Shown: positions 1-12,443 of the stretch, piece after piece | Layout: every line of letters starts with the position of its first letter | How positions within the stretch are numbered: the stretch's first letter is position 1 | Assembly (NCBI GenBank): GCA_012295275.1 | Contig: CM022665.1 | Span: forward strand, 29,946,001-30,010,000 | Direction of reading: 5' to 3' | Source of the DNA: Chrysomallon squamiferum | Lineage: Eukaryota; Animalia; Mollusca | DNA length: 64,000 nucleotides | Made by a program: the position numbers and the translations under genes | The notes under the pieces: generated by a model | Seen by the model: the letters and a program-made list of their open reading frames with translations, nothing else | The model's database searches: none | Told to the model about the DNA's origin: nothing

Positions 1-19
1 TATGTGGTTGATTTTCCAG

Positions 20-2284
20 GCGAATTGCTGGTTTGAATTCAGCAAAAGCCAAGAAGATCATAGAGTTTCGTGACAAGAATGGTGTCTTCACAAACAGACA
101 GCAACTGCTGAATGTGAAAGGAATGGGTCAGAAAGGTTTTGAACAGTGTGCAGGCTTTATTCGAGTACTTCATGATTTCACCAATCCAGAAATAAGGTAC
201 TCACAGATTAAGCCCTATCACGTAAAATGTTTTTACATCTAATGAAGATCAAAGTACATTGATCTGGTTTTTAAAGAAGTGTAAATTCTGAAAATATTTA
301 ATCATTTTAAATGTATTTATGTCTAATGACAATTCAAGAAAACTACATCTGAATTTTCACATGCTGTGGTTAATTGAAACAGTTAAAATGATAATCCAAC
401 ATCTGCTTTAAACCCATTTATAACAATGACAGTTAACATTTCAAAAGATACAACTGTAACAAAAAAAGTTTTGTACTCTTGTTTTTTTTCCCTTATTTTC
501 AGACAGAAGTTAGAAAGCAGTGTAAATTATGAATGTGATACAGAGGTTTCTGAGAGTGCAACTCGAGGAAGGAAAAGAAAAACTGCCACAACACAAAAAA
601 CTGCCAAAAAACCCAAACTCGATGAGAAACAAATTCCTAACCCATTAGACATGACTGCCATACATCCAGAGTCTTATCACATTGCCACAAGGCACGTCTG
701 TAGATTTATTTTATAAAAAGGTTGTAAAGAGATGATTTTATGTTATTGTTTTGGCTTTTTACTTTTAGAAAGGTAGGTTTTATAGTTCATCATCAAAAGG
801 TTTAATAGGTGTGTCCTTTCATTTCTTTGTTGCTTGAAATAACCTCTATCTTTTTCATTACCTATTTGAATATCTCATTCCTTTTTTAATTATTTCTTAT
901 TTTTACTACACTAAATTCTACAATAAATTCTTCTTAAGTGTATGTTGGTGTTTAGATTGTTTCATTTATATCAGCAATGAAACATTGCTATCAGGAAAAT
1001 ACAAAATATAATAGTTAATTTAATTGCAGTACGATTGTATATTCCAGTTATATGTATATGAATTTTTCCACTTTTGACTTCATTTATGGGTTTTTCACAA
1101 GTATCAAATTATGATCATATTAATTTTATTTGTCTGTTTTGCTCAGATTCATGCAAGAATTGGAACTATCAGCTTTAGATATAGGTCAGACTGAGTTCAT
1201 TAAAAAAGTGAAAACAGAGGTGCAACTAAAAGGTGAGATAGCTTGCAGCTATTAACATAAATTCATACATGCCTTAATATCTTTTTATATAATAGAAATG
1301 AAGAACTGTTCTTTGGTGTGTGTGTGTTGTTGTTGTTTTTTTGTTGTTTTTTTCCAGTTAATGAATATGTTTATGAAGAACCCAAATCTTTAATGTTAAA
1401 ATTTAAGTTCCTGAATATTTATTTTAAGAATATTTCCTTTAATATTCTTAAATTATTCCAATTGTGACCAGTGAAGAAAATATTTAACCTTCATTTTGCA
1501 GGTGTGAAAAAAATAGCACAGCAATTTGAAACAGGAGAACCAACTATGAAACTTATTGCTGATGCACTTTCAAAAGCTATCTCTTACGACATTCGTGATG
1601 GTAAATTTTATTAACATACAAAAATAATTATGTCTTCCATAAGTAGTAAGCTGTACTTATAAATAAAACAGATAGACAGAATTTCTTGTTCAGAAAACCA
1701 ATTTGTTTCAAATGTAATATTTGTAAAACTTTTTTGCAAGTAACTTAAAATGCTGATCACAAATTTTGGATGTTCTCTTGGAAAAAAATAGGACATTAAC
1801 ATGGAACTTTATTAAACATAGAGATTATAAAATAAATGTTCAGTGAACACTTAAACTGGTGATCTAGATTATAGGGTTTTAATCTTAAGATGTAATTTGA
1901 TATAAAACAACACAGTTGTATTTTAGAAAAATAATAAATAAATCTACTGATACTCTTAACACAGTGTTTAACTTGAACTGTAACTTATTTATTTATGTGA
2001 TTTCAGGATTTGATAAACCCTTATTCAAGAAAGGTGTTACAGCAATAGAAAATCTGAAAATTGGCCAGAGACTGACCGGTCGTGTTACCAATGCTACACA
2101 TTTTGGTGCTTTTGTTGATATAGGTGTGGGCCAAAATGGCTTGATACATGTCAGTCATATGAAACAGGGTTTAAACGGTCGATCATCACTGCAGCTTGGT
2201 GACCATGTGGATGTTGATGTCATAAATATAGATATACAGAAACAAAGAATAGGATTACATTTGGTCTGTCTAACCAACTGTTAA
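20..2284 (+). CDS. SRBD1: S1 RNA-binding domain-containing protein 1 (Tex-like), last five coding exons (5'-partial)
   Basis: Exons 20-196, 503-691, 1147-1232, 1502-1600, 2007-2284(TAA) join in frame. They give an HhH region ([23 protein letters not shown]...[17 protein letters not shown]), the [19 protein letters not shown] motif and a C-terminal S1 domain ([34 protein letters not shown]), matching the Tex/SRBD1 architecture. Intron 692-1146 is GC-AG. Confidence 0.95.
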
Positions 2285-3883
2285 ACTCATTTTGATGACA
2301 ACTTAATGATTATTGTTAGTCCAGCGTGATATGTATGTACATTCATGATGAAGTGAAATATTTTTCACATTAACTTTACCATATCTTTAAATTTGTTGTT
2401 GTTTTTCAATACAAAAAAAAGGACTGTTTGTAAGAAAAGAAAAATGAATTGACATATATTCTATTAAGTGGTATTTTAATGATTCATTATTGTTAGAATA
2501 AGAACTATTGTTTCAGATATATGTAATTCTAATATAAAATCATCTTTCACATACCTCAGAATCTCAGATTACAGCTAAGTTATATTGAAAAAAAAAAAAA
2601 AAATACATTTGGTGCTGTGTTTTATTTTTTGTTACGATGTCAAGAGAACTTGCCAAATGATTTACAGAATTGCTTTGAAACTTGTGTCTAAAAAATTACA
2701 ATCACATATATATATATATACACTAAAAGAAATGTGATAGAGAGCTTGACTTGGACAGTGATTGCTTATTAAAGCTATGTACACCTGGTGGTTTGCATCC
2801 TGTTCCAACTACAATTTGTAAGATGTGATTTCATTTACTGCCTGTGAGACAATAAAAAAATTGATAAAGCCGCCTTTGGTCCAGTGAAATAAGATCATAC
2901 TAAAACCACTTGCATGACACAAAAAAAAAAAAAAAAGATTATTCGTTAAATATGTTGAGGTGTTTATTAAACATTCATTATTATAATGAAAAGAATATAC
3001 TGGACAAACAAGTTTGTTTGCAACACTAATTTAATGGTAGTTTAGTTTTCTAACCATACAGATGTTAGCAATTAGGAAAGCGTATGTTCAGGAGGTAACC
3101 AAATATACTTGACATTCTTTTTTCTCAATTACCTACTGTATGAATAACACATTATAAAAAGTATTTACATTAAAATGGTCTGTTTTGATAGATATATACT
3201 ACTTACTGCAGTTATTTTTTTCACTATAACTGGTATTCTTGCCAATGAGACAGTAACTGCTAAAATGAAGAACAACAGAATTATATCAAGTAATATGGAG
3301 TATAATACCCACAAACACTGAGCTATCTTGAGACCCTCCATAATAAAATCAGAAAAATAACAACACATTTTTAATCAGACAATCAGTATATATAAAAAAG
3401 AAAACAGCTGGTTGTTAATATGATCACACACATCTTTAAAACATTGCAGTTCACATTCAACCACTATCTTTGGTATTATAATTCTCTGAGTTATCTTTAA
3501 CTTTAATATCCAATGTTACCAAACCTTGGGGGGAAAGTAACTGGTTGATTATTGTGAAAGTTGGAAAAAAATGAGAACACTATTATAAAAACCTAATTAA
3601 AATGAATAATCATTATAATGGCATATATTTCTCCCATATAACTGGAGTTACTTTAAGTCCTTTTAAATGTTAACACATTCAATCCACAATAAAGATACCA
3701 CCATGTGTCCAGTATGTTACAGAAACAGTTACCAAATATATTAACTTCATTACTTGTGACACACACACATTTTTCTGTAAGTAGAATAATTGTTCTTTTA
3801 TACTGATCCTGTTAAAAAACTCTAGATATACAATATACTTCAACAGCCATTTAAATTAAAGCAGCTGAATATGTTTGTTCTTT

Positions 3884-4472
3884 TCAGGGTTTTCTGTGAA
3901 ACATTTTCTTCTTCACACCATAAACAGCTACTTGGAAAGCTGGCCACAGTAGTTGGATGTTCTTTTTATACCAATTCCTGAAAAATTTATACATATATAT
4001 ACAGATATACAAGTATACATTATGTATGTATGTGTGTGTTAATGTGCATGCATACGTACGTGTGTATATATGTGTGTGTGTATATACATATATATGTATG
4101 TATGTATGTATATTCAATGCTTTTAATAGCAGTATTTTATTTTTAGCTGAATTGCTCTCTTTATAAAATGGATATGTTAACTTACATATTATAGTCAAAA
4201 TGTTTCTTGTAGTATTTCTTGAGGAATTCCCTGTAGAATTCAGACATTACTTCAGGTGAAATATGTGTTTGTGAAGAGTCATTGTCATCTTCAGGTATGT
4301 CATGTCCACTTGATTTTTTTTTAATAAATTCTTGTTTTTCCTTGTAATTAGAAAACAAATAGTTAAAAAAATCAGAAGGAAGTGTAAATAAGTTTAAATG
4401 CAAATCCTGTTAAACCACTTACACAGAAAGTACATACCTGACCATAGAAACATGAAATATACCATATGAAAA

Positions 4473-4562
<90 letters not shown>

Positions 4563-5799
4563 AATCAAAATTTATTTGGATACAATAAATATTTTCTTTA
4601 AATTTTTACAAGTTGTTAAGTTGTTTTTTAAAAAGAAATAATAATATCAACACTGCTTATAATCCTGTTTAAACTACCTTAATAAAATTTGCATTGTTTT
4701 CTGCCCAAAATTCATGGTTCCATTTCACAAGTTCTTCTCTTTTTAGCCTGTAATTTCTTTCAACTGGTGACTCATCTGCAGGCAAATGTAGTTTAAGTGG
4801 GCGAATGTTAGAAAGAGAATCAGCAGGTCCAACCCAGTCTCTTCTTACATCTACTGGTTCTTCTACTTTGATGTGTATTTTTTTCTACAATTTAAAAATG
4901 AAAACATATTCTGAAGGTAGTCAAGTCATTGTCCTCTATTTTATAATAAAATACTAAGTGATATTATGAAAACACAATTTAAACTGTCAGAAGTCTTACT
5001 CAGTAACTATACATCAGCACATGCATAATTTTAAAAATAATAAAATAATCCAACTGCATGTCCTTAGTTGGTCACCAGAATGTCCATGAAATGATCCTAG
5101 ATACTTCTGGCTAACAAAAACCAAAAAAAAAAATACCAGTTTTGAAATGATATTGCAAATTCAGAAGTGTGCCATATGGACTTGAACACAAATTTTAGTT
5201 ACAAATACAATAATAAATCGAGTAAATATAATCCAAATTTTGTCATCTGTAGCAACATCTGTTCATATCTGTGTCATAAGACTGCAAATTGCAGTTGTCA
5301 GTGTCATCACTTATATGCAAAGAATTATGTTGGGTATGTACATATAGCCATTTTTAGCACTGAAAAGAAAATTAACAATTGTGTATTAAAAGCCATTACT
5401 TAAGCATTGTATTTAAATCATAAAACGTGACTACCGAAGTTCTGCATTTATTTTACAAAATTAACAGAGGACAGGCAATAGCATTAGATATAAATCTATT
5501 AAATCATTAGCTGGTGGAATTGTAATTAAATGCGTTGTACCTGTTATATATAAGATAAATTATATTAGAAGAAAACGTGAGAAAACATATTTATTGGAAT
5601 TTATTTACGTTATTGAATATTTAATTGTTTGTGAGACCTTTACCTCTTTTTTTCCATTCTTTGAATCGTGTTTACCGTCGACATTACTAGTGACATAAGC
5701 TCTTCGGTATCCAACAACTTTACTTTTGTTTTGATAATTAATCTGGTAATTAACTTCTCGTAATACACATGAATGTAATCGTTTTGCTAAAACATTCAT
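3884..5799 (-). CDS. COA8: Cytochrome c oxidase assembly factor 8 (apoptogenic protein 1, mitochondrial), about 203 aa
   Basis: Minus-strand exons 5799-5644, 4884-4678, 4340-4186, 3977-3884 (612 nt including TGA). Translation contains DWVGPADSLSNIRPLKLHLPADESPVE...WNHEFWAENNANFIKEKQEF and MSEFYREFLKKYYKKHFDYNMNWYKKN, diagnostic of APOPT1/COA8. The basic N-terminus resembles a mitochondrial presequence. The exon 1 donor (GAG|gtaaag) is inferred. Confidence 0.92.
4477..4560. repeat. (CT)n microsatellite in COA8 intron 2
   Basis: Uninterrupted CT run. Confidence 0.95.
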
Positions 5800-6350
5800 A
5801 CCGATGTGTTAGATTGGTAAGGGAAATAACTCTATTTAAGTGCATTTATTATATTTGTTATGCGAAGGGGCATAACTTTCTTAAAGAAAATCTTATTTGT
5901 GATATTTATTTACGTGATACCATTGTTATTTAAATTCTAAAAGTTTATATATTATAAACGTTTATGATACATTGTTTTGTCATGTTTGTTTTTCATACTT
6001 GTCGTTGTTTGTCATTTTTCTACGTCAGTGCCATTTCGTTTGCCATTACGAAAGTTTATTAGTTTTTGTGTAGTCGCAGAGTAGAACTGCAGTGATTGTG
6101 GATTTTAATCAGTTAAATAACCTTTTCCGTGAAAATGTGATAAGCTGAATCACTGTCACTCTTATTGTCAGCGGTTGGTAGGATTGTTATCATTTCATTC
6201 TGTATTAAATACCCATTGTCATTGTTAACAACAACTATTGTAGCATTTAAAAAAAAATCAGTAAATTGGTGAATATCGTGATATCATCTTTGCAAATAAA
6301 AACAAAACAAAAATATAGCAGGACCATTATTTTGAAGAAAGACCGTTTTA
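5400..6350. promoter_or_regulatory. Bidirectional promoter region shared by COA8 (-) and the KLHDC2-like gene (+)
   Basis: Start codons diverge (5799 and 6962). CpG is locally retained against CpG-poor gene bodies. ATTGG (CCAAT box) at 5813-5817, TACGTCA near 6021-6027, paired AAGGG-N2-ATAACT motifs at 5819 and 5865, and a candidate 5'UTR donor G|GTAGGA near 6177. Confidence 0.65.
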
Positions 6351-6516
6351 ATGATTATAAAGCTGGGTAATACTAAGCTAATTTAAATTGTTAGAAATTG
6401 TTATGAATAAAATAGTATATAAGAAAAACAAATGAAAAAAAACAGGAAAATGCAAGGTACGGTATTCTTGGAAGTTAGAATATATTCGGTATAATTTGTT
6501 TTATCAATTATATTTA

Positions 6517-6517
<1 letters not shown>

Positions 6518-6570
<53 letters not shown>
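6518..6570. repeat. (ATT)n microsatellite
   Basis: Direct reading. Confidence 0.95.
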
Positions 6571-6573
<3 letters not shown>

Positions 6574-6961
6574 GAATCATGAACATTTTTTTCCCCCTTA
6601 GATTTGATTATTGTAAATTTAGAAAGTTCCAGATTCAAAACAAAATCTGAGGGGGTATTCTGTATTGAATGTGTCATCCTTTTTGTTTAGATTTGAGAAA
6701 TATCATCTTTTTAACTTAAAATTTGTTCTTGTTTGATTGAAATATTAAATAATTTGTATCATTATTTTAAACACAGATTATTATTATTAAATATATCTCC
6801 AGCAATATGTATTTGAATTTACAAATAAAGAAATAATAATGACAGTGATAGATTCAGTCAGTAATATCTCACATTAACTGAAAGTAATTTTTTCTTCTTG
6901 AATAAGTAGAAGTAATTGTTAATTTTTTTTTGTTCTTGAAAAAATGAAGTGGTAAAACAAA

Positions 6962-9900
6962 ATGCATGAATCTTTTGTCACTTCAGCTTACATTCCTAAT
7001 TTAGAGGTTCAGGAATTAATTCCAATGGATGAAGAAATTCCACCAAGGAGTGGCCATGTTGCTGCCTGCATTGGAAACAAACTTCTTGTTTGGGGAGGAT
7101 ATCAGGTAACAATTAAAAAAAAAAAGAATTTTTGTTGTACAATCAAAATGTAGCCATTAATATTTTTGTGAGATTAATACATATTCAGCATGGTAATTAC
7201 TTTAAAAAGCTGCTATGCTTGGATGTGTTATTTAGTATACAGTTTAACACTGTAATGTTATATATATATTTCATTTATAAAATTCACACATTTACTCGCA
7301 TCAGTTATAAAAATGAACATTATTTTGTTTTCTGAAGTAGATATTTATGATATTCTTTGTTCATTACCTGGTTTTATTTTTTAAATTGTGTAATAATTTC
7401 ATTCAAATGGGTAGCATTTTGTAATTGACAAATAATAAACTTTTTGAAAACTTTTTTCTTTCTTTTTCAGGATGAAAATGAGGCAAGAGAACGCTATCTC
7501 TCAGTTAAAGATGTTTGGATATACAGTGTTGAATTTGATAAATGGTCAGTTCAAGAAAAGTAAAATCAGTGTATCAATTAATCCCAAACTATTAATGATT
7601 CAGTAGTAATCTTTTAAAGCTAATCTCTTAAATTTGCCATGTTTAAGACAATCTTATGAAACTTTTAATGTTTAAATTGTAAAATTTCATTGTCAGTTTT
7701 CTCTGTTTACAATTATGAAGGCATGAATTCATTTTAATTTTTTTGCCACATATATGATTGTGTTCATATATCTGTCTAGATCATTAACATGTGTATGTAT
7801 AAGAGTAAAAGTGTACAATCTAGAAAAAAAATTGATTAATAAATGAGCATTGTTTGATTTCAGTTAATTATAAAACATCTGAATAACGTCAGATAATGCT
7901 TTAAAAACATGTTTCTAATTTTACTGATTCATAAATAAATATTTATTCTTAGGTCAAAGCAGTTAACAAGTGGCCAATATCCTCCAGGCTTGTCAGGTGC
8001 CAGTAGTTGTGTATTAGATAACTACTGGTATATACTGTTTGGACACACTGTATATGGCAACACTAACAGAGTATATAGACTTAATCTACAAACATTTTGC
8101 TGGGAAACTAAAGATTATCACAGCGCAGAACCAAGTCCAAGAGACAAGACATCTGTGTGGGTTTATGAGGACAAGTAAGTAAGATATAATCATCAGTTAT
8201 TTATGTTTTGTTTATTACATTTATTTATTACATTTAAAAAGGGGTACAAAGTTTGAATTTTGTATATTTATATGAATAATTTAAAGTTTTAGTGTAGTGT
8301 AAATTACACTGTCATTAAAAATATGGTCAGTTAAAATGATCTGTAAAATCAGTTTTGCTATTCCATTCAAAATGTAAGTTATACTTATTTAATTTATGCT
8401 AATAACTGTATTTGTACACTGTTGGGTAAAATGGCTTTTTTTTAATTATTATTACTATTTTATTTTTTTGTAGAATTTATTGTTTTGCTGGATTTGGTCC
8501 TCCAGTTTATAAGACAGATTTTCTTAATGAATCTGGCGAATTCCTGGAAGATCCAACATTACAATGGGTAACTGCTGTTTTCTTAGTGTACAAATTGTTA
8601 TTAACATAATTATGCAAATACCATAGCCTTTGAAATCATACAAGGAGAACAGGCTTGAACATAAAATTATATGTTAATTTAATACCTATATTCATTTCAG
8701 TATGATCCTTTTATGCAGTAATTATTTTTTATGATTATCTAAAACATTTCTTCTAGATAATATTGCAACTGAAAATGTCTTTCAAGTATCAGTTAATGGA
8801 ATCCAGTAGAGAACCATCAAGGGGAAGCAAAAATAAAGAGTATGAATAAAGATATTTTAGAAGGTTAAACAATGCAGATTATGAGTCATACTGAATAAGG
8901 TATTCTCTATTATTCTTTACTTTGTATTTTCACAATTAGGTTTGATATTTGCAATCATCAATTTATTCTTTTACATTTTTTTTTTTTTTTTTTTTTTTTT
9001 TTTGATGCTATAATTAAAAAAAATATAGAATTACAAATGTTTATTCTTTTTAGAGCCCGCCTCGATCTTGGAACAATCAGCTTCTGGTGTTTGATCCAAA
9101 GACTTGGGAATGGTCCAACCCAAAATGTCTTGTGAGTATCACATTATCATTGTATATGTGTCAATCAATTTGGGTTAGTGTATTAAGTGGTACAGTGGGA
9201 TTTAGTGTAAGAGGAATATGTTTATGTATTCCACATGTTCATCTTTTAATATTAATTACTCAGAAAACATTTCATTATAAGACAAAAAAAGATAAAACCA
9301 TTTTTAAGAGCTTGTAATAGTATATTCAGTTCATAGTTTTGATAAGAACATTGAACTAAAAATGCTACTTTACAAATTTTATGATTTAAGAAAAACAGAA
9401 AAAAAAATAATTGTAGTTTGGATTGATAACTGTTATTACATCACAGTGTTACTTCATTGACTGTTGATCTATTTTAAGCATTATTTCCTGTCTTAAATAG
9501 TTTATTTAAAGAGAAAAAAATAATGCATTGTTTATTATAGGGAAATGTTATTTCATTGGATATTGGTTTCTTTTAAGCATTATTTCCTATCTTAAATAAT
9601 TACTTAAAAAAAATAATGCATTGTTTGTTATAGGGAAGTGCACCTGTGCCCCGGGCAGCTCATGGAACTGCTATAGTAGGCTCTAACGTGTTTGTGTTTG
9701 GTGGGCGTCATGATATGAGCAGACGAAATGATCTTCACTGTCTTGATATGACCTCCTTAACTTGGAGTGGAGAGTATGTGTTGTTGTTTTTCACTTTTCT
9801 TAAATATTATTTCCTTTATTAAATATTTTATCTGTCTTTTACTATTATTTATAGAAATATATTTTTTTGTATAAAGGTTTCATTTAAAATAAAAAAAAGT

Positions 9901-11713
9901 GACATATGTTTTTGTTTTAACATTTTATAAAAAAACACGACTTTAAAATGTTTTAATAGATAATTACTAATTACTGATATGTAGGTTGTTATTATTTATC
10001 AAACATTCCATTTAATATATAAAAATTATCATTTCTTTATTTAGGTTAAGTCCTTCTGGGGACATACCATGCGGTCGCTCCTGGCATGCATTCAAAGCTA
10101 TTTCAGATGATTCCATTTTCCTTTATGGTGGATATACAACAGACCAGAAGCCACTTGGTATATAATAAATGACAAAATAATCCATAAATATTTACAGTAT
10201 TCTTTCTGTTGTTTATAAACTGTTAAGTGCATTGGATGCAACTTCTCCTTTTCAGAAATAAAGATTCCTAACGGGTTAAATAAATAAATAAAATAAATAT
10301 CTTGCATATTTATTAATGTATAAAGTTATACAAATACTGCTGAATACGGACATTTAAAAGCAGTTTTTTTTTTTTTTTTAATACAATTTCATATTACGTT
10401 TTGTTTGTGAATTATCATTTATAATGTTTTGCTTTTTTCATTGCCAGCTGATGCTTGGATTTTGAATGTTAGTGCTTTGCAGTGGACCCAACTGGATATA
10501 ATACCAGAACATCCACGCCTGTGGCATACCATGGATATCACATCATCCAGAGACATTGTCATATTTGGAGGCTGCAGCAATGACATTCTCAGTGCTGTTC
10601 AAAATGTAAGACAATTTCAACATTCACTACAAATAATTTTTGTTGCTAATATTACTTTTTCACTATAAAAGTAGAACAAACAACTTATTTTTAAAATGAC
10701 TGAAAGTAAAAATAAACTGTTTAAAGCATTTGTTAAGTATAAGCAGAAAAATATCATAATTCTGTTTCAGTTAGCAGCAGTAATTTTAAATCTAAATGTA
10801 CATACTTATTACAAAGCTTCATATTTTAGCCCATTATTATATCAAAATATTAACTTGTTTCTTAAAAGAATTCTTAAAGCAATTTGCTATTTAGATATGA
10901 TAGAATATTATGTGTCTACTTTAAAAAAATAATAACAACAGTATTATTCTTTATTTCAGCATCATATTAATAAAGTTCTTACCTTTAGAATGGAGCCCAA
11001 GACATTGTTGAGGTATGTAATAACAGATTTATCAGTTTCAGATACCTTTCTGGATTTGTAAGTATTAGTTGGATTGAAATGGAGTAACAAAGTTAAAAGT
11101 CCAAAACTAATTAAAAAAATATACACATGTATGGATGTATGTGCACACAGACACACACACATACACAAATAGACACAAAATCAATTAAAATGTTAATGTT
11201 GGTTGTTTTAAATAGACAGAAAGGAGGGACAACTGGTTTTACACATCACTAATTAGCTCTGGTTGGAGCCAACACTAGTATACAGTCTGACTGCCTTCAG
11301 TCTCAAAATGTATGTCACCTTATTCAGCTCAAATATTTTATCTCTGAATGTAGTAAAATATTTTAAAATATCAGTGAGAATAATAGATAAATAGAGAGAT
11401 GGATGAATAGATGGATAGACAGATGCATATTTAAAGGGGTAGGTGGATAGAAAGATCTAAACAAAGGTAAAATCATGGTAAGTGAAAATCAATTAGCATC
11501 TAATTTTTACCATGTTGTCATTGTTTTCTGTGCTTATATTTCAGAAGTTCTCTAGAGGTAGTATTTTTGCACAGGGACAAAACAAAACACATGTGGAAAA
11601 TGTTACCATTCTTGCTGCAGCAATGGTTGTGCCAAAGGCTTCATGCTCAAAACACCTCACCAGCCTCAGCACTTCACATAGAATGGCTAGAATCACCTGC
11701 TCTAGGGAGTTAA
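6962..11713 (+). CDS. KLHDC2: Kelch domain-containing protein 2/1-like (CRL2 C-degron receptor), about 414 aa
   Basis: Exons 6962-7105, 7471-7544, 7953-8174, 8474-8567, 9054-9131, 9634-9773, 10045-10157, 10448-10605, 10960-11012, 11545-11713 (1245 nt) join in frame with GT-AG sites. Kelch motifs: PPRSGHVA..LLVWGGY, PSPRDKTSVWVY, APVPRAAHG..VFVFGGRH, PCGRSWH..FLYGGYTTDQKPL, PRLWHT..IVIFGGCSN. BC-box-like EPKTLLRSSLEVV; C-terminal GS. KLHDC1 versus KLHDC2 orthology cannot be resolved by eye. Confidence 0.92.
9471..9640 (+). repeat. Tandem duplication including the 3' splice acceptor of KLHDC2 coding exon 6
   Basis: ttttaagcattatttcct(g/a)tcttaaata...aaaataatgcattgttt(a/g)ttatagggaa(a/g)tg occurs twice; AGs at 9539-40 and 9632-33. 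Confidence 0.85.
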
Positions 11714-12412
11714 CAAAATGAAAATAAATCTACTGCTGTTGAGAGCAGGATTTGTTTTTTTGTTGTTAAAACTTTTTCATGATGCAGAGATCTCGAATTC
11801 AGAAATTTTGTGTTCAACACTTAATTACTTTTTTCTTTAGAAATTAGTTTTGATCATAATAGTAATTAAGAGGAGTTAATGTATTAATGCATACTGTTAC
11901 TATGAGGTAGAAATTAATACATTCACGCTGTTATTTATTTAGAATTTTGTTTGTAGACAAAACCCAGATGTGTTGTAAGAGCAAAATCATTAGATCAAAA
12001 GTAATGATGCGGTTCTTTGGGTTTCTCATTTACAGATAACACCTACAACAATGCAAAGTACATACATGTTTTAATGTATATTCAGATGTTTTTATATAAA
12101 TGTAAATGTTTATAATTTTGACAAATCTGTGTATACAAAATTATGCTTTATTACATTTAAATACATTAATATTATTTAGGAAGATATTAAGAATACAACA
12201 GGAACTAAACACATTTTGTTTTTTGTTTATCAGAAAATGTGTGTATAATGACAACTGTTGCACTTGTATTTTTATTATATGATTTATTCATTCATCTTAT
12301 GATAAACACTGTTGTATGTTCTTTTTTATGTGTCATGGAATCTTTTTTATATCCAGGTTATTCATTGTTTTTTGTATATAATTAAATGTGGTGCAACCTA
12401 CTTTATTTAACA

Positions 12413-12443
<31 letters not shown>

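Noticed and set aside
3884-3886. TGA at the end of COA8 as selenocysteine or readthrough
   Set aside because: The position matches the normal C-terminus of the family and no SECIS was recognised.
3957-4166. Short ORFs rich in V/C/Y/I/N/L repeats (also 6401, 14237, 20037, 38662, 40093, 47537, 51536, 56504-56753)
   Set aside because: Translations of microsatellites or AT-rich intron sequence, with no domain or splice support.
11200-11330. Possible second SINE-family relic in KLHDC2 intron 9
   Set aside because: Similarity to a recalled consensus is too fragmentary to support.
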